A DNA stretch of 64,000 bases from Zootoca vivipara (Eukaryota): NCBI RefSeq assembly GCF_963506605.1, contig NC_083279.1, forward strand, positions 73,656,001 to 73,720,000. The letters run 5' to 3'. The position numbers and the translations under genes were made by a program. The notes beneath the pieces were generated by a model, which did not search any database, was not told the origin of the DNA, and was given only the letters and a program-made list of their open reading frames with translations. Positions 60,605-64,000 of this stretch are shown in pieces (position 1 is the first letter of the stretch; every line of letters starts with the position of its first letter).

Positions 60605-61962
60605 GCAAAGTCAAGAAAGTATCACTTGACTCACTGCAGCCAAATAGTGTAATGAAGCTTCCTTACAAGTGCACCAGCATCCCTCCAGTTCTTTCCACTG
60701 GGCACAGCTGTGTGGTAAGGCACAAGCTGAATTCTAACACTGTCCTTCAGTTCATGGGTTCAAGATGTCCTGCAGGCCTGATACCCAGAGCTTGCCAAAT
60801 AATTGGGTCTGAGGTCATTTGGAAACCCAACTGAGCTCTGGTTTTGATTATTTCTAAGTCTTAAGAGCCGGATGCCTCATTACAACATGTTTCAGAACAC
60901 TGCACTCCCCATAAATGAAATGGCACAGAAGTTCTTTAACCATGAGGAGCAGAGCAAAGCAGGGGGCTGCTTATCCAATCAACTAGCTGTAATGTGGAGA
61001 CTGTGGTTCAGGCATCACCCCGATGTGCACAGATGAAGCTCAGCTCACGTCAACAGTTATATGACAGGCATGAATTTGGCTGTATACATTTTCAGTCGTT
61101 TAGAATTAATGTATTATCTCCCCAGTCTTCCTTTATCTTTGCCAATCTTATGTGGACTTTTTTTCTTTAATAAGTACCTCTCTCTCTCCCTCACTCTCAC
61201 TCTCTCTTACAAAAGCACAAAATCCTTAATTCTTTTCAAGCGCTTTACTTATGTCAACCAAGGAAAAAATGAAAGGCATTGTTATCTTGACTTCAATGCT
61301 CAAGTGGAACTATAATGGGCATGATCAAAAGAATGTAGGTAGCAAACTCTACGGAGGCTATTGCCAAACCTCCTGCTTTGAGCACAGGATGGAGGATTAT
61401 TTTGACAATCAGGTGGGCACATTCAGGTGTGGAACTGTGTGGCGATTGTTTGCTTTTTTATTTTATTATTTATTATATTGATGCAGTGTCTCAGGAAGTT
61501 GTCAAGAATAGCTGTATTTGTAGGTTATGACAGTGTGTAAGTGCGATCGGCAACAAAATGTTACATCCTCAGCTCCTCACAAGTAAGTGAGTGCACCTGT
61601 TCAGAGTTCCCCATCAGGACATTCCAATTCTACCTCCCATGTTTTTGTTTAAAACTGACACTCCACATTCCACGATTACTGAGCATGCTCCCTGTTCATT
61701 CGGGTGTGGAGGTTTTTTTTTGGGGGGGAGATAACTTTTGGTTTTAAAGTATTATTTATTTATTACTTCTGCAAGCCTTATGTCCCTCCTCCCCAAAAAA
61801 GCATGCTAATGCCTACCTCTTTTTTTCTCAGCGAGTCCACTTCGGCTCCATGTCCATTGGCCCTCACCACTTGAGTCTGTCATTAGAGGGAAGGATTCTT
61901 AGCATATGGAGAGAACCAATGGATGTAAAGACCCAAAGACAGCTAATGATGATAAAGACTTT

Positions 61963-62223
61963 GGGCTCATTCACACTTCTTCTTGCCCCATGTCTAGAAA
62001 GCACAGGTCAGAGAGGTTTTCTGCTTGCCCAAGACTTTTTTGTTTGTTCCACCACTTTCTCTGGGAAAACCTGCTGTTTACTACTGAATCAGAACAAACA
62101 TCCATCTTCAAAAAAAGAAACAAAAAAAGAAAGAAACCTGACTGATGTTTGTTCTGATTCAGTGGCAAAGAGTGGGTTTTCTCAGGATAAAGTGGTAGAA
62201 CAAGTAAAAGTGTGAATGAGCCC
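61963..62223. mobile_element. PIF/Harbinger-like MITE
   Basis: Perfect 16-bp TIR GGGCTCATTCACACTT / AAGTGTGAATGAGCCC; internal inverted arms CTGAATCAGAACAAACATC / GATGTTTGTTCTGATTCAG. Confidence 0.85.
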
Positions 62224-62273
62224 TATGTATTCACTGGTAAATGAAACCCACGGAACAGTGGAGCTTGCTTCTG

Positions 62274-62377
62274 AATAATAATAATAATAATAATAATAAC
62301 AATAATAATAATAATAATAATTTATTTATACCCCACCTATCTGGCGGCTCCCAATTGAATATTAAAACAATAATAAA
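62274..62377 (-). mobile_element. (AAT)n microsatellite with L2-type tail
   Basis: AAT run at 62274-62321, then TTTATACCCCACCTATCTGGCGGCTCCCAA. Confidence 0.7.
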
Positions 62378-63263
62378 GAAATAACTGGATTATGAAGCAT
62401 GTTACATTGATTTCAATAGAATTTAGTCAATGGCTAACTTTACTTGGGTTGGGGCCAGAGATCAGACAAATAGACAAGGAAACCAGTCAAAGCTGTAATA
62501 TAACTAACTCCAAGTACTCATAGATAAGCATTATGACAGCTCAAAACAGGGTTGGCAGGGTCGGCTAGGTTTTATTGGTCCTTTCTGAAAACAATACACA
62601 AAAAATTAAGTGATAATTTCCCTCACATTAATCCCACTGGCATTTGATCCGTACAGCGGCAATTCTCATATAGGCCTCCCTCCTACCTCCATAGAAAAGA
62701 TGTGGCCATTTCACATAACCTCCAAGGTGAAATTACCAAGGAGTATATCACAGATGCACTACACACCTACAGAATGACCAATTGTTAACATAACTCTTGA
62801 GGGACCTGTAACCACTGAACAGGCAGCTTTTCATACATCCCCTCTCTAGTGCCATAACCATTGAGTAGTTTGTTACCTACGCAGGACATAGCTAGACAAA
62901 CAGATATGGAAAAAAAAGTTTCTCAAAAAATCCTGCCAGCTATATGCAGTTCTAAATATACATTTAAAAAGGAACAGTGGTAAATGACCCATAGTCCATT
63001 CCATCCCCCCCCCCCAGTCTCTTTTGACAAGATGAATGCACGGTAATTGCTTAGGGATGCTGTCAGCGCCTGGTATTTCTGAGCAGCTACTGAGGGCCTA
63101 GTATCCTTTCAGGGCCTACTTCTTATGCCTGCTCTGGATTCCTTAAAAAAGGGGGGGGGAGCTCAGTGCTCTAAGCAGCACCTGACAGATGGGTCTGATG
63201 TATCACAATGCCCCTGAAGGAGTACCATTCTGGGATATTGTGCTGACCATTACCTACCCAATA

Positions 63264-63755
63264 CAGTCATGGGCTTTGAAGAAACTCGATCTCAAGACGC
63301 AAGGGAGAAACATGCTAAGAGGAAAGCATGCTTGGCAAATCCACACCGTAATCCAACTCCCGCCTGGAAACCAATGCCCCCATTGTGAAAGGACTTGTGG
63401 ATCCAGAATTGGCCTCCACAGTCACTTACAGACCCATTGTTAAAACAGTGTTTATGGAAGACAATCTTATTCGGCTATGAGTGATCGCCAAAGAAGAAGA
63501 AGAAAGAAGATGACCTCAGAAGTCAAATGGGATCTGTTCCGGAAGTCTGTTTGACTTCCAAAATATTCAGGAACCAAGGTGCAGGTTGCAAATGGCTACA
63601 GGAAGCTCTTGCAGCCAATCGGAAGCTGTGGAACCTGTGTCAGATGTTCAGGTTCCAAAGAACGTTTGCAGACCAGAACACTCACTTCTGGGTTTGCAGA
63701 GTTCGGGAGCCAAAATATTCGAGTCGCAAGGTGTTCGACTTCCGAGGTACGACTA
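63264..63755. mobile_element. Tigger/pogo-like MITE whose left TIR is split by an RTE insertion
   Basis: TA-CAGTCAT [insert] ACCTCAGAAGTCAAA pairs with the right TIR TTCGACTTCCGAGGTACGACTA-TA. Confidence 0.82.
63268..63510 (+). mobile_element. RTE LINE 3' end (non-BovB; C-terminal CxxC-H-H knuckle, (GAA)n tail)
   Basis: NQCPHCERTCGSRIGLHSHLQTHC*, short 3' UTR and AAGAAGAAG tail. Confidence 0.88.
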
Positions 63756-64000
63756 TACTGTTCAGGTAACTTCCTCAGGACCCACCCAAGTGACTTTGTC
63801 CAGGGCCCAGCCAACCCAGGAGCCTGCCTTGGTAATGCTATCTGGTATGAGAAAAACACACTCTTACAGGTTTTTTCACATGCTGTTCAGGTTACCTCGT
63901 TCTTCTTCAACATTCCATAATTTGATCTGATAACAAGAGACCAAAGAGATGAGGGTAATTGAGTAGTTCAAAAGAGGAAAGGAAACTTTTGGCGGCCAGT

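Overview
Eukaryotic, non-coding-dominated 64 kb window from a squamate reptile. It is most likely a lacertid lizard, inferred from Podarcis-type Sauria SINEs, a Squam3-like SINE, BovB, CR1, L2 and Penelope copies. No complete protein-coding gene, rRNA, intact tRNA or CRISPR array is supported. Almost all ORFs in the track are retroelement fragments, microsatellite read-throughs or chance frames. The window looks like a large intron or intergenic region filled with nested transposons: young and old CR1, BovB, several other RTE-clade remnants, L2, Penelope, LTR remnants, tRNA-derived SINEs, and many hAT, Tc1-pogo and Harbinger-type MITEs, several with readable target-site duplications (TSDs). 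There are two assembly gaps. The best host-gene signal is a candidate TATA-driven first coding exon on the minus strand (TATA 59345-59338, ATG 58844, donor after 58546); I cannot name the gene. The most unusual mobile-element signals are a decayed invertebrate-type RTE C-terminus not shown in the ORF track (about 12925-13282), a CpG-rich hAT derivative built from stacked hairpins (15650-16297), a tailless young CR1 inside an old CR1, and a Penelope end with a mutated minimal hammerhead ribozyme. All family names come from recalled consensus motifs, not from database searches.
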